64,000 nucleotides of DNA, taken from Flaccisagitta enflata. Lineage: Eukaryota. How positions within the stretch are numbered: the first letter of the stretch is position 1; every line of letters starts with the position of its first letter. A model generated the notes under the pieces. The model saw only the letters and a program-made list of their open reading frames with translations. It had not been told where the DNA came from and ran no database searches. Where the stretch lies: the NCBI GenBank assembly GCA_965153355.1, contig OZ231126.1, forward strand, positions 25,172,001 through 25,236,000. The letters are read 5' to 3'. The position numbers and the translations under genes are program-made. Positions 16,502-29,422 of this stretch are shown piece after piece.

Positions 16502-17019
16502 TGTGATGCGTCGCGGGGAAGAAAATCAAAAGCAGGGGGGGGGGGAATCAAAAGCGACTCAATAATATACACCCCTGTATTCAATCAGTCCATATTAGGA
16601 AGGCACGGAGACAAAAACTACTACGATCTACATATTATCTGGTTCTTGCAGTGTTATCCGTTAGCAAAAATATGATCCAAAAGAGAGATACGAAAATAGC
16701 CTCATCAGAGCTATTTCTTAAAACTCAACACAAAAGTGTCTGGTTGATAAAAAGTATTGGAGGTCGCTGCGCCCCTTTCCCTGACTTTTTTCTCTTCGAC
16801 ATCCCTTCAGTTTTGAGTGCAAGCCAACTCACTAAGGACCTCTTCTGGAACATTTCCAAGTCCGATCTCTACGACGTGAAGAAAAAAAGAAACGCCTAAG
16901 AGACAGAAATGAAAAGATGAAAAAAAACAAAAGTTTCCATACACTAAATGAAAAAAAAGAAGGAATCTGTTTCATGTCATTCATTATTTCCTCTTTCATT
17001 TTTCTGTCAACTCATCAAC

Positions 17020-17094
<75 letters not shown>

Positions 17095-17162
17095 CTTTAT
17101 TTTTTTCTTTGTCTATCATATTTTTTGTTGCCTCCCTACATTCCCTAGTTGTGCAATTTGAC

Positions 17163-17219
<57 letters not shown>

Positions 17220-17362
17220 CAAGACTTAGTTGAAAACGGGAGGGAAACGCAAAAGCGAAAGACAGATCGATAAACAGGCCAGCGCGCAAGCAAGACAAAG
17301 TGTGAAATGTCGAAGATAGATACAAAAACAGAAAAAAAGTCAAGCCGATAAACATACAGACC

Positions 17363-17416
<54 letters not shown>

Positions 17417-17547
17417 GGGAAAGAAAAATCGAGTCTTTTCTCCACCTCAGAGCTCAAGAGTCCGTTTATCAAAGCGGAATTTTTCGCCAAAGTCTCCAAC
17501 GCTAAGCCTCACGCCTCCCGTTGACAAACAGTTTCAAAGCCGGAAAG

Positions 17548-17720
17548 AGGAAGCGAAGGAGAGATAGTAGTGGGGAAAGAGAAGAAAGTGGGAAGACAGA
17601 AAGGGAAAGCGAAGGAGAGATAGAAGGGGGGAAAGAGAAGAAAGTGGGAAGACAGAAAGGGAAAGCGAAGGAGAGATAGAAGGGGGGAAAGAGAAGAAAG
17701 TGGGAAGACAGAAAGGGAAG
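17548..17720. repeat. ~56-bp tandem repeat x3 at the start of a purine-rich tract
   Basis: AAGCGAAGGAGAGATAG...GGGGAAAGAGAAGAAAGTGGGAAGACAGAAAGGG repeated three times. Confidence 0.85.
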
Positions 17721-19443
17721 GAGAGGAAAGAAGCAAAGGAGACAGAGTGGACGAGAAAAAAAAACTAAGCGAAAGGGAAGCTGGGGCATAGGGAAGGTAA
17801 GTGGAATAAAGAACAATAACTAGAGACGGAACGACAGGGAGGTGAGGGGAATGAAGGGGAGGAAAAGGAAACAGAAGGGAAACGTTGGGAGAAACGTTGG
17901 GAGAAAGAGAGGGAATAGTGACAAAAGGGATGTGGAGGAACAGGAATGGTCACTGAGATGAAGGAGAGGAAATCACAAAGAAAATCACAAAGAAAATTGA
18001 AGAAGAAGAAGAAGAAGAAGAAGAAGAAGAAGAAGAAGAAGAAGAAGAAGAAGAAGAAGAAGCAGAAGAAGAAGGAGGGAAGATGATGGAAAGGAAAGGC
18101 TAAAAAAAAAGACATAATGGAAGCGAGGAGGCAGAAAAATAAGACGGGAGTAAGGTAAAGAAAATGCAACAGGAGGGAAGAGGAAGGATAGAAGGGGAAA
18201 GTCTAGGATGGAGGAGTGGAAAATAAGACAGAGAGGAAGTGGAAGGCCAGGAATTGAATGCGGGGACAACAGAATATGCAAAGGAGAAAGAAGGGAAGAG
18301 GGATGATAGAAAAAAGATGTATATAGGAGGATGTGGAGGGGATATCGGACAATGTGCAAAAGGGCGAGTAGTTGTTTGGACACAAGAATGGATGACTGAT
18401 GGAATGGAAAACTGACGGAAGCGAGTCAGAAATGAAGGAAGGAAGGAAGATAGGAAGGGAGGAAGGAAGGAACGAAGGTAGGATGGAAGGGAGGAATGAA
18501 GGAAGGATGGATGGAAGTAAGTAAGGAAGGAAAGATGGAAAATATGGATGAAGGAAGGAAGGGAGGAAGGAAGGAAGGAAGGAAGGAAGGAAGGAAGGAA
18601 GGAAGGAAGGAAGGAAGGAAGGAGAAAAAGAAGGAAAGAAAAGTGAAAGAAACAAAGAAACGGAGGGAGGAAGGAAGAAAGGGATAAACGATGGAAGAAA
18701 TAAAGAAATGAAGGGAGGAAGGAAGGAAGAAAGGAAGGAAGGAAGGAAAGAAGGAAGGAAGGAAGGAAGGAAGGAAGGAAGGAAGGAAGGAAGGAAGGAA
18801 GGAAGGAAGGAAGGAAGAAACTTCAAGGAAAGGAAAGGAGGAAGATAAGAAGGAGGTTAAGAAAGAGGGAAGGATCCAAGGAAGGGGGAGATGAGGGAGG
18901 GGGACAGGAGCGAAAGAACAAAAAAAGAAGAGAGCGAAAAAGAGTTGGGAAGAGAGAACAGTCTAGAAGAAAGTGGAACGAGTAGCGACACCTGGGAGAA
19001 GCGAAAGAAGAGCAAGAGCGAAAAAAAAAAGAAGGGAAAGAACGATTTTGAGGTCACAGTTGTTCTCGGAAAATCATGCATTCTCAGGCAAACGATCGTC
19101 CATCGCGCTGCACGCATTCCTTCCAGATTCGCTGACACCTGCAAAGAATTTGTCATGCACCCGCCGAGCAAAGACTAATGACTTCCACCAGGTGGCAAAC
19201 ACGTATCGACTGTGTGGAGAATATGTTGAACCTGTTGGTTTCGTTGGGTCAAAATACATACAAAGTTGAGCTTCACTAGAGCGCATTCCAAGGGACTGGG
19301 CAAAATTATGCCTTATGCCTTATCACCACTATATGAATAACGACAATAACTTGTACAAGTTCTATGCCTTACAGGCCTGTATCACCCTACAAACTACCGT
19401 ATTTACGAAAATGAAATACAACAATTGGCCATAAACCAAGTAA

Positions 19444-20031
19444 CACCTGTTAAAGTAATATTGTCTCAAAAACAAATGGCTCACAAATTTTAATGCAGAC
19501 ACTTAGAGCAATTCCGATTGCGACACCAGTTAGAGCTTGAAAAACTCTTTAATTTGCTCATGGATATCATCAAGATCAATTTGGCTGTGTCATGATATCT
19601 GTATTTCAGTGAAAACATTGACAATGCTAAACGCTATGAAATTACCAAAGTTATCAAATCATCTTTCAAAGTCTGTAAAACCTAAACTAAGATAGGTGAT
19701 GAGTGATGACATAAGGATTTCACAGCTGAACAACTTTTTAAAAGAATTTCAATTTGCATATGGAATTTGATTTAGTTTTGTAAAATCAACATCAACTAGG
19801 TCGATTTTAAAATAAAAGAATAAAATAGCTGTTACCAATTTTTTTTTTGAGTACCTAGGAAGATATCTTTCAAAATGGCTGCATAAAAGAAACAAAGTCC
19901 TACAACTCAGTTAGGATACCGTTGACAAAACAAAAAGTCTTTGAAAATCCTAGTTTTTTAAGATCTCCTATCAGAAAGGACAAAGTAATGACAGTTTTAG
20001 ATATGCTGTGACAACAATACTTTAAGAGGTG
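19444..20031. mobile_element. piggyBac-like MITE (TTAA right flank, GTAA left flank)
   Basis: Left CACCTGTTAAAGTAATATTGTCTCA vs reverse complement of right end CACCTCTTAAAGTATTGTTGTCACA (21/25). Confidence 0.6.
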
Positions 20032-20061
20032 TTAACTGTTAAGTTAATAGTAGAAAAGTAT

Positions 20062-20195
20062 AGTAAAGTAAAGTAAAGTAAAGTAAAGTAAAGTAAAGTA
20101 AAGTAGAGTAAAGTAAAGTAAAGTAAAGTAAAGTAAAGTAGAATAAAGTAAAGTAAAGTAAAGTAAAGTAAAGTAAAGTAAAGTAAGTAAAGTTA
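20062..20195. repeat. (TAAAG)n pentanucleotide repeat
   Basis: Directly visible. Confidence 0.95.
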
Positions 20196-20927
20196 AAGCC
20201 CATGAAGTAAGTAAATACTATTTTTATTATCTCTCATGGAAGGGGACGCTGTATGATCATTTAAAACAGTTTAGATATGCAAAGGGGAGACATCTTACGT
20301 CCACCAGCCAACTCGTACTCCCAAACTCCACCTCTACTTTTTTGAAGCTCCCTCACAGCGTAACTCTACCTAGCTTACGCTGGCACTGCACTTCCGTCCT
20401 CATATACATGCATCGATTTAACGACCACATTGCGCACCCCCGTTCATGACCTGGGATGCATCGTTGTGCATGGCGTTGATTTGCAGCCACGGCAATGTCC
20501 TAGTTTTTCCATCTTCAAAATGGCACGACCACCGAGGAAAAGAACTAAAATGTGATGCATTCGATTGGAACGCATCGCATTGGATTGGATTGCATCCATG
20601 GTGATGAGCTGATGACCCAGTTTTCCAGCGTCATTCTCCACAACATGACGCGATTGTAGTCAAGTCGAGTCGAGTGAGTTAATGAGATGCACCAACGAGG
20701 CAATTTGCATTGCATTCGTCGCGTCGGCGGAATTTTATGGCATCACTCGAGAAAACGAAAAAGAGAAACGTCGTGAGGCGCCATCTTTCTCGTTAGCAGT
20801 GTAACACGTCATCCTGTCCTTCCGTTACACTTTCTACGCAACTTGTGCCATGAACAACATGCACAATGTGTATCAAGGGTTACCGTGTTTTAAGCCTTTT
20901 CATTTTTGCTCGGCTCATTATCCAATC

Positions 20928-22060
20928 AATAGTCGCAAAAGCGTTAGATGGTGAGCAGTACCCATTGCCTCTACGTGTGTGTTTGCGGATTTGTGATGGT
21001 TAGAGGGGCAGCAGCCCCAAAGGGACCAAAGACCTATGCATTGTATGTTTAGAGGCTTGGGGCAGGGATTTTAGCCTTAATGCAGGGATTTGAGCCTTGA
21101 GGTTGGTGTTTGAGCCTTGAGGCTGGAATATAAGCAGACCTTTTCTTAGTCATTTTTTTGAGCGGGCCAGTCGGGCCCGCTCCTCAAAATTTTAGCGGGC
21201 CCGACTAAAAAACAGCGGGCCCGGTTCTCTGTTCCCCAATTACGTCATTTTACAGTGGGTGGCATCCATCATGTATAAAAAAACTCTTGCTAATCATGCT
21301 CCTTGCATATCCCATTCAAATCTGACCATTTGGAATATAAAACAAAAATGGTTATGATGGGCTTCTCTGAGAGTGAGGGTAAGAAGGTAAAGAAAAGAAG
21401 AGCAGCCTTGAGACTAATAATGACTGTAAGTTCAATTAAGTACTATGACAATGATTTAACATATAGAGCTATGTAAGTTTTTCTTCACAAAATGAAGCGC
21501 ACTGCTCAAATCAGTTAGTGCTTCAGGATGCTATGGAAACATGAAAACTTCAAATAACTTATTTGCAGATTACCATTTATGGAAAGTCCCGAGTCAAATG
21601 AAGACTTATGGCGGCAAAAAAATTGTTGTCTGTTAAAACTTGTATTCAAAAAATGTTTTCTATGTATGACATGCTACTTAAGTCTCAAAAGAAAGTATCC
21701 CTCTGTTTTACAAAACAAAAATTTATGAATTACAAGACTATCCTCAAAATAGTTTCAGAGAGAAATGTTGAGTGAAAAACAGAGGAGGAAAATGAGAGTG
21801 GGCGAACCGGGCCCGCAGCCAGCAAAAAGTGCGGGCCCGACGGCCAAATTGCGGGCCGAGGGCCCGAGGGCCCGCTCTAAATCAAGGCCTGAATATAAGC
21901 CTCAAGGCTGGGATTGGAGCCTTGAGAATGGGATTTGGGCCTTGAGGCTGAGATTAGAGCCTGATGCTAAGATTTGAGCCTTGAATTGGGATTTTAGTTT
22001 TGAGAATGGGATTTGAGTGAAAGCATAGGTCATCGGCCCCTTTGGGGCCGCTGCCCAAAA
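20928..22060 (-). mobile_element. Helentron-like family B element, host of a hAT-like insertion
   Basis: GGGCAGCAGCCCCAAAGGGACCAAAGACCTATGC vs GCATAGGTCATCGGCCCCTTTGGGGCCGCTGCCCAAAA; 20-bp array on both sides of the insertion. Confidence 0.7.
21135..21891. mobile_element. hAT-like non-autonomous element, 8-bp TSD AATATAAG
   Basis: AATATAAG at 21127-21134 and 21892-21899; termini CAGACCTT and AAGGCCTG; clustered subterminal GCGGGCCC motifs at both ends. Confidence 0.8.
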
Positions 22061-22493
22061 ATACCAAGACTTCATGAATCATGGTCTTGATTTCAACATG
22101 CTTTATTAGTTATCCCAATATCTAAGGAGCGTAAATGCCACTAGATGGGCAACATTCCAGTTGCACCCACGCTATCGTCTTTGCTCTACATTGAGATGAC
22201 CCCCTCTATGAGAGAGATGCCACTCCGTTTATGAGAAGTCATGGCCTGTTGCTGATCGCGTTTGCTTGCGATGGTGTTGATCAGTTTAGCATTTACCTTT
22301 TTTTACGATTTGTTAATGTATATGAGCTGACTTTGATCAGATGAAAACGGCAATTCAAATGCCAAATAATCTTGTGTCCTTGATCCTTCACGTTAACCCT
22401 CACAGGTCCTAAATCTGATTTTTTGTACCTTCAAAGAGAGGATGCTTGAGCTAATCTCACAGAAGAGATTTGCGCCTGTAGGCAAGCGCAAGA

Positions 22494-23592
22494 AGGCCTC
22501 GGTCACGTGACTATCAGGCCTCGGTCTTGTGACTATCAGGCCTCGGTCTTGTGACTATCAGGCCTCGGTCTTGTGACTATCAGGCCTCGGTCTTGTGACT
22601 ATCAGGCCTCGGTCCCGTGACTATCAGGCCTCAGTCATGTGACTAAAAGGCCTTAAGTCACGTGACTATCAGGCCTTGGTAACATGACTATCAGGCCTCG
22701 GTCACGTGACTATCAGGCCTTGAGTCGCGTGACTATCAGACCTAAGTCACGTGACTATCAGGCCTTGGTCACATGACTACAAGGCCTCGATCACGTGACT
22801 TTCAGGCCTAAGTCACTTGACTATAAGGCCTAAGTCACGTGACTATCAGGCCTCGGTCACGTGACCATCAGGCCTCGGTCACGTGACTATTAGGCCTCGG
22901 TCACGTGACTATCAGTCCTTGAGTCGCGTGACTATCGGACCTAAGTCACGTGACTATCAGGCCTTGGTCACATGACTACAAGGCCTCGATCACGTGACTT
23001 TCAGGCCTAAGTCACTTGACTATAAGGCCTAAGTCACGTGACTATCAGGCCTCGGTCACGTGACCATCAGGCCTTGGTCACCTGACTATTAGGCCTCGGT
23101 CACGTGACTATCAGGCCTCGGTCCCGTGACTATCAGGCCTCAGTCATGTGACTAAAAGGCCTTAAGTCACGTGACTATCAGGCCTTGGTCACATGACTAT
23201 CAGGCCTCGGTCACGTGACTATCAGGCCTTGAGTCGCGTGGCTATCAGACCTAAGTCACGTGACTATCAGGCCTTGGTCACATGACTACAAGGCCTCGAT
23301 CACGTGACTTTCAGGCCTAAGTCACTAGACTATAAGGCCTAAGTCACGTGACTATCAGGCCTCGGTCACGTGACCATCAGGCCTCGGTCACGTGACTATT
23401 AGGCCTCGGTCACGTGACTATTAGGCCTCGGTCACGTGACTATCAGGCCTAAGTCCCGTGACTCTCAGGCCTAAGTCACGTGACTATCAGGCCTCAGTCA
23501 CGTGACTATCAGGCCTCGGTCATGTGACTAACAGGCCTAAGTCAGGTGACTCTCAGGCCTAAGTCACGTGACTACCAGGCCTAAGTCACGTG
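22494..23592. repeat. 22-bp minisatellite (GGTCACGTGACTATCAGGCCTC)n, ~50 units, with higher-order structure
   Basis: Directly visible; variant blocks recur at 199- and 509-bp offsets. Confidence 0.95.
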
Positions 23593-23710
23593 AGCTCGTG
23601 CGCAGAAAGACGAAATCGCGTTTTATTTCTTCCTTGGGTCGAAAGGCCGACGCTTAATATGATTTTTATGCGAAGGCGAGGCGATGAAAAAAGAAGACAA
23701 GAACATGCAG

Positions 23711-23817
<107 letters not shown>

Positions 23818-24854
23818 GTTGAAAGAGAGAGAGAGAGAGATGAGCGAGAAAATCCAGGCAGACAGATAGACAGAAAGCTACATAGACAGGAAGGAATAAA
23901 GGAGAACGGACCATAAAGAAGACGTGCAGTGGATGTGATGAGAAAGTGTAAAAGAAGTGAGGAAAAGGAACAGACGCAGATCAAATTGTACAAGAAGCAA
24001 AAGATCTTTTTTTTTCTAAAGCGCGAATGAAACTGATAGAGGCCGAAGGAGGAGGCATGGCATTTTATATTCGAATATACAGCAGAAGAGATTTCTATGC
24101 CTCGACCTATATACAAACATCTAGCCCCATTTACAAACATGCAGCCGAATGGGCAAATACATCAGGCCAAATTGACATACATCAAGCCGAACTACGTTAT
24201 GAAAATTCTATCCGTGTGCGTTGGACCGGGCGCATTTTGGGCTTTCGGAAATCGTTTCATCTTTTTCTTTAAGAGCTTTTCATATTCCTTTAATCTAAGC
24301 CTACTGGCAAAATCCATCTGAACTTGATGTAGATGCCGTAATTAATAGACAAAATTCTAAAAAAATCCGTCTGTCCGTTGGTCAAACTTTACTTTTTTTA
24401 TCACCTTAAGTCATTCTTAGTCATTGTACGTCATTTTTAGTTATTCTAAATAATTCTTAGTCATCTTAAGTCATTGTATGTCATTTGAAGTTATATTAAG
24501 TCACTATGTCAGTATGGTCAATTTAGTCATATAAGTCATTTAACAGCAATTTACGTCTTTTTAAGTCATTTTGAGTCATTTTAAGTCAATTTGAGTCGAC
24601 CTAAATTATCGATGCCCCTCACGCGACCTTTAGGGGTTGGCCTTGTTTTTTTTTCAAAATCCTGAATTGAGTCGCGCACTGTACATATACGGCAGGTGTT
24701 GGCGCAGCAATCGTCAGGTCGCCACAAGTTACCTTACGAAATTTTACGGATAGGTTTCATGACACGTTCCTGACACATAAGTGTTGGATTGAATGGGACC
24801 AGCACGAATGTTTTTAATTCCAAACGAATTTTGTTAATTTGATCGCGTCATGTA

Positions 24855-25016
24855 CAGTTGAACCCCGCGCCAACGGACCCGCATTTAACAGAATTCCGCC
24901 CTATCAGATGATAGGCCTGTTTTCCTTCAATTTCCTATATTGGCTCTATCCGAATTTGTCCTATAACAGATGAAATTTATTAATCCCTTGAAATCCGTTG
25001 GAGTGGAGTTCAACTG
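24855..25016. mobile_element. pogo/Tigger-like MITE, TA TSD
   Basis: TA|CAGTTGAACCCCGCGCCAACGGA ... TCCGTTGGAGTGGAGTTCAACTG|TA; single ends of the same type at ~30090 and ~33595. Confidence 0.8.
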
Positions 25017-25884
25017 TATGTCTGAAGCGTCTACAATTATGATGAGCAAGACACTTCAAGGCAGTATTGATTACTGCCAAACGTTAATACGCAAAATCAC
25101 TTCGGATGAGCACGGCAGAAAACCCTTTTTTTTTTTGTAAAAGAAAAAGAAATTGTGTCTGAGAATGCGAGTTTTGGGGCGAGGCATTTTCTGTCTTCGT
25201 CGGGTGTAACAACTGGCTTAAGTCTCGAGAAGAAAACGAAGATCGCAGGCCTAAATTTCGCGAAAATCCATTTATTACTCTTTTCCTTGTCAGAACTAAA
25301 GCCTTTCCAAAACCGACTTTCTTTTAGTTTTCTTTATTCTTTCTCTCTTTCTCTCTTTCTCTCTTTCTCTCCGTCTCGGCTTCGCGGAACCGCCTTGAAA
25401 TTCTCTTTTACGTGATGAAAATGAAAAGAAACAGAAAGATTTCTCGTTTTAAAAATGAAACAAAACGAAAATGAAGTGGGTGGAATGACCGGGGGAGGGG
25501 GACGAAATCAACGAAAGCTTAGAAATATGTACACCATGTTGTCGTTTTTTTTTCTTGAGATTGAAATGTGGATATAGATATCGAGCAAACTAAAACATCA
25601 AATATCTTGAAATGAGGTGGCGGAGAAAAGCATATCACAGAGTTGAAAATATAGAAACAAATCTGTCGAAGCAAATAAAATCACAGCCGAAATATAAGTA
25701 AACTCATGAAGATACAAAAATTGGAGTAAGTAAAAATGAGAGCGTTTCTCGTTTTTTGTCTCAAACTCTCAATTGGTGCATATCATTTGTTGTCCATCAG
25801 TTCTGAAACTGTCTTTAAATCCGTGTCTCTTTCTCTTTTTTGTGTCCGTTTCTATCTCAAAACTTTTCTCTCCATCTTTGACTT

Positions 25885-25993
<109 letters not shown>

Positions 25994-27379
25994 CTTTCTC
26001 ACCGCACGGTGGGTAACTCACCGGTGACACGGTCGGAAGCTCATTTCAAAGCAAGGCGCGGTTTTGTTTCAATCGATTCTTAATCCCCGATTATTAGAAT
26101 ATCCGATTTCGAACAACGCGATTAGGTCTTTCTTCTTTTCTTCCTTCTCCTCCTTTTTTCTTGCCCGCCCAATCATGGTGCTCCATGATTTGTGATAAAA
26201 CAATAGAATAGCCTTTCATTTTGTCGGCTAATTAGGGGTAATTCTCAAGTTTCTTAGACACACTGATTGTTAGGTTTGTTTTTAAAATTACTAGTTACTA
26301 TTTATTTGTTCCACATATTCCCTCAAATTCTCTGAACTGATGTATGATCACCTAGGACTGACCTTCTAGTAGTTTTCTTGTCCATCATTAGCTGCTGATG
26401 ACGATATCAAATTTTGGTACACTGTGCAAGCAGCTACCAAGTATGGGGCCGGGCCATGCCGGTAGTCACGGTTGCCGTGGTAGCTTTGCTGCTTACAGTC
26501 ACAATTGCCGCCTTATTCTTCCCCGCCTTGACTTCAAGGCCTCATGGTTCCTTTTTTGCTTCCACGGCTCACTGGCAGACCGCCCGCGTGGCACCTCACC
26601 TCTCAGAATAAAGACCAAACGGAACCACGTCACCGTCTCACCGTGTCACTGTGATTCATTATAAGGAGATATGTAACGAAACATGATTTGCGTACTGCTT
26701 CACTAGGTTAGTTTTTGTATTCACACGCAACTCGTCGATATCAAGCTTAATTTTCTGCATAAAAAAATCATTTCACAACGTTGTCCCTCAATGAATTACG
26801 TACGGTATCAAAAATTACGCGACAGAGTTGCCGATCCTCTGTCTTAATGCCGTGGTACTTTTAAGAACAGAATACAAAATAATGAGTTTTTCTTACGGTA
26901 TTTATGTTTAGTCAAAATTATGTTTCTTCAGAGACCTAATTCCAGGTCGTTGGCCCAAAATTATAGCCTTTTGAAGACCTATTGCAAGGTCATTGGCCCG
27001 AGCTTTTTAATGCAGGGGGATATCAGCTATAAAGGGTACATGGATTTCCACGAACCACTTGAAAAACGGTTCCTTTTTGTAATCATATGTGACGGAGACA
27101 ATCAATTTGAAATCGCAATCAAAACAGACGTCAACATTACTTCCCCTTCTCCCCCCCCCCCCCAGGATGCGTAAGAATCGCGAAGGAGAAACCTTTCACG
27201 TCACCAGACACAAATAAGTGCCACTAGAAACTGAGCCACAGACAAATGGGCAATCGTCTTAAATCGTCTTTACAATGGGCGTCAAATACTGGACGAATAA
27301 AAAGTCCATAATGATAAAATGGAAAAAAAAAAGAAGATATTTGAAGGTTGAATATATATCATCCCAGAGATAATTTAAA

Positions 27380-27514
<135 letters not shown>

Positions 27515-27984
27515 CATTTTTTCCAAGTCTGGTTCAATCTTGACTCGTACACGTAATTGGCGTCGAAATTGAGATAAGATAAAGGCGCAAAATGGGAATT
27601 GATTTGTGTGTGGTCTTGAATTATGAAATTTCAGTTTGAATTGCGCTGTGATGCATGACAGGCCGTGCTCTAGTACGTGTAAGAACGAATGAGCGAGGAT
27701 GATATCTATTTGCTATAAATACAATATCTGAGGTGGATGGAAAACTGATACTGTATCTAAAAGTAAAACTTAGGTAAACGCGGAATCGTCGCATAGAGTT
27801 AGCCGTAACTTCGTTAAAGTTTTAAACCGCGTATTATGAAGAATATGTTTACACTTTAAGGGATTTGAATTTACATACCACATGAAGTAATATTGTCATT
27901 AAATTGGCTAATCCCGACGTCACCTTTCGTCAGTATCGGTACGTCTGTCACACCATCCTTTAAAAATGTGCACCCCAACGCATC

Positions 27985-28678
27985 TCGTGCTACGCGACAC
28001 TACACCCCGCTTTGTCCGTCCGTCGGTTGGTCGGTTGGTCGGTTGGTCGGTTGGTCGGTCCCCATTTTACTTTTTGGGCAGCGGCCCCAAAGGGCCGATG
28101 TCCTGTAGGACACAGGTACGTACGTACGTACGTCCCCCCCTCCAAAGCTTCTCAAGCCTCTCAGGCCTCAAATCTGGCCTCTCAGGCCTCAAATCTGGCC
28201 TCTCAGGCCTCAAATTAAGCCTCTCAGGCCTCAAATCCAGCCTCTCAGGCCTCAAATACAGCCTCTTAGGCCTCAAATACAGCCTCTCAGGCCTCAAATC
28301 CAGCCTCTTGGGCCTCAAATCTAGCCTCTTGGGCCTCAAATCCAGCCTCTTGGGCCTCAAATCCAGCCTCTTGGGCCCTAGATCCAGCCTCTCAGACCTC
28401 AAATTCTCATTGAATAATGTCAGACAGACGTAACGGTTCACCCCTGTGTCCTACAGGACATCGGCCCTTTGGGGCCGCTGCCCTGCTCTCACTCCACTTC
28501 TTCAGCTAATCACTCCAAGCAGGGCATCGGGTACCGCTGACCATGTGCGATCCTTGGATGACTTGTTTATGTTTTTGCGGTCTTTGGCCTCACTGCACTT
28601 GCCCAAGTGCTTTAGTTACTCAAATACTGCCCCTGCCCACCCGCACGCGACTAAGGTAGCCGTGTATCCGGCCTTGTT
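27985..28678 (+). mobile_element. Family A DINE-1-like element split by a family B insertion
   Basis: 5' half 27985-28070 and 3' half ~28568-28678 together are collinear with the copy at 4006-4254. Confidence 0.8.
28071..28567 (+). mobile_element. Helentron-like family B element (apparently intact), 21-bp internal array
   Basis: Perfect 41-bp inverted repeat 28076-28116 / 28443-28483, asymmetrically placed, followed by an ~85-bp 3' tail ending ACTTGTT; inserted in a T-run. Confidence 0.8.
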
Positions 28679-29095
28679 TATTTCAAATGGCTGATGCATG
28701 ACCAATAATGACAGATTCCCGTTTATTACAGCAATTTCAATTTCTTCCGGTTTGATTTACTGTTCAAATAACCAATCTGATGATCAGCTGGTTAAAGAAA
28801 AAAAAACGAGACGGCAAAGCATTTTTCAAGCGTACATAAGTACTCAAATACTCTAACTAGTAACTTTCAAAATGCTTTTCAACAATGAATATGGTTGATC
28901 AACATGAAGATCATTACGTTATCTTTGGTGCATGAGGAATCTTTTTGAAAAAAAAAACTTGAAGAGGGCCAAAAGTTGTGGAAGGCCTTGGCAGGCAGCT
29001 CTGGGTTGTCAAATGGCGATGCAGCTGAGTAGACTCCAAACGACATAATTTATGACAAACCATAAATCCACGTCGTGGGGCTCTGAGCGTACTGC

Positions 29096-29167
<72 letters not shown>

Positions 29168-29327
29168 CTGAATGAAACCAACGACAACCACAACAACGCC
29201 TTATCTTCCTTCTCTCTCTACTTAACAATCGTTTGTTCATTGCCCAATAGCCAAACTTCAAGGCCAGTTGCTCTCTCTGTCTGTCTCTGTCTCTTTCTCT
29301 TTCTCTTTCTCTTTCTCTTTCTCTCTG

Positions 29328-29422
<95 letters not shown>

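Noticed and set aside
22494..23592. CRISPR-like array
   Set aside because: Contiguous tandem units with no unique spacers, no cas genes and a eukaryotic context.
24948..24960. ATCCGAATTTGT resembling the 3' half of miR-10-5p
   Set aside because: Lacks the ACCCTGTAG seed end and any hairpin partner, and lies inside a MITE.
27966..28441. Leucine-zipper-like heptad ORFs (SGLKSSL repeats)
   Set aside because: Translation of the 21-bp TE-internal minisatellite.
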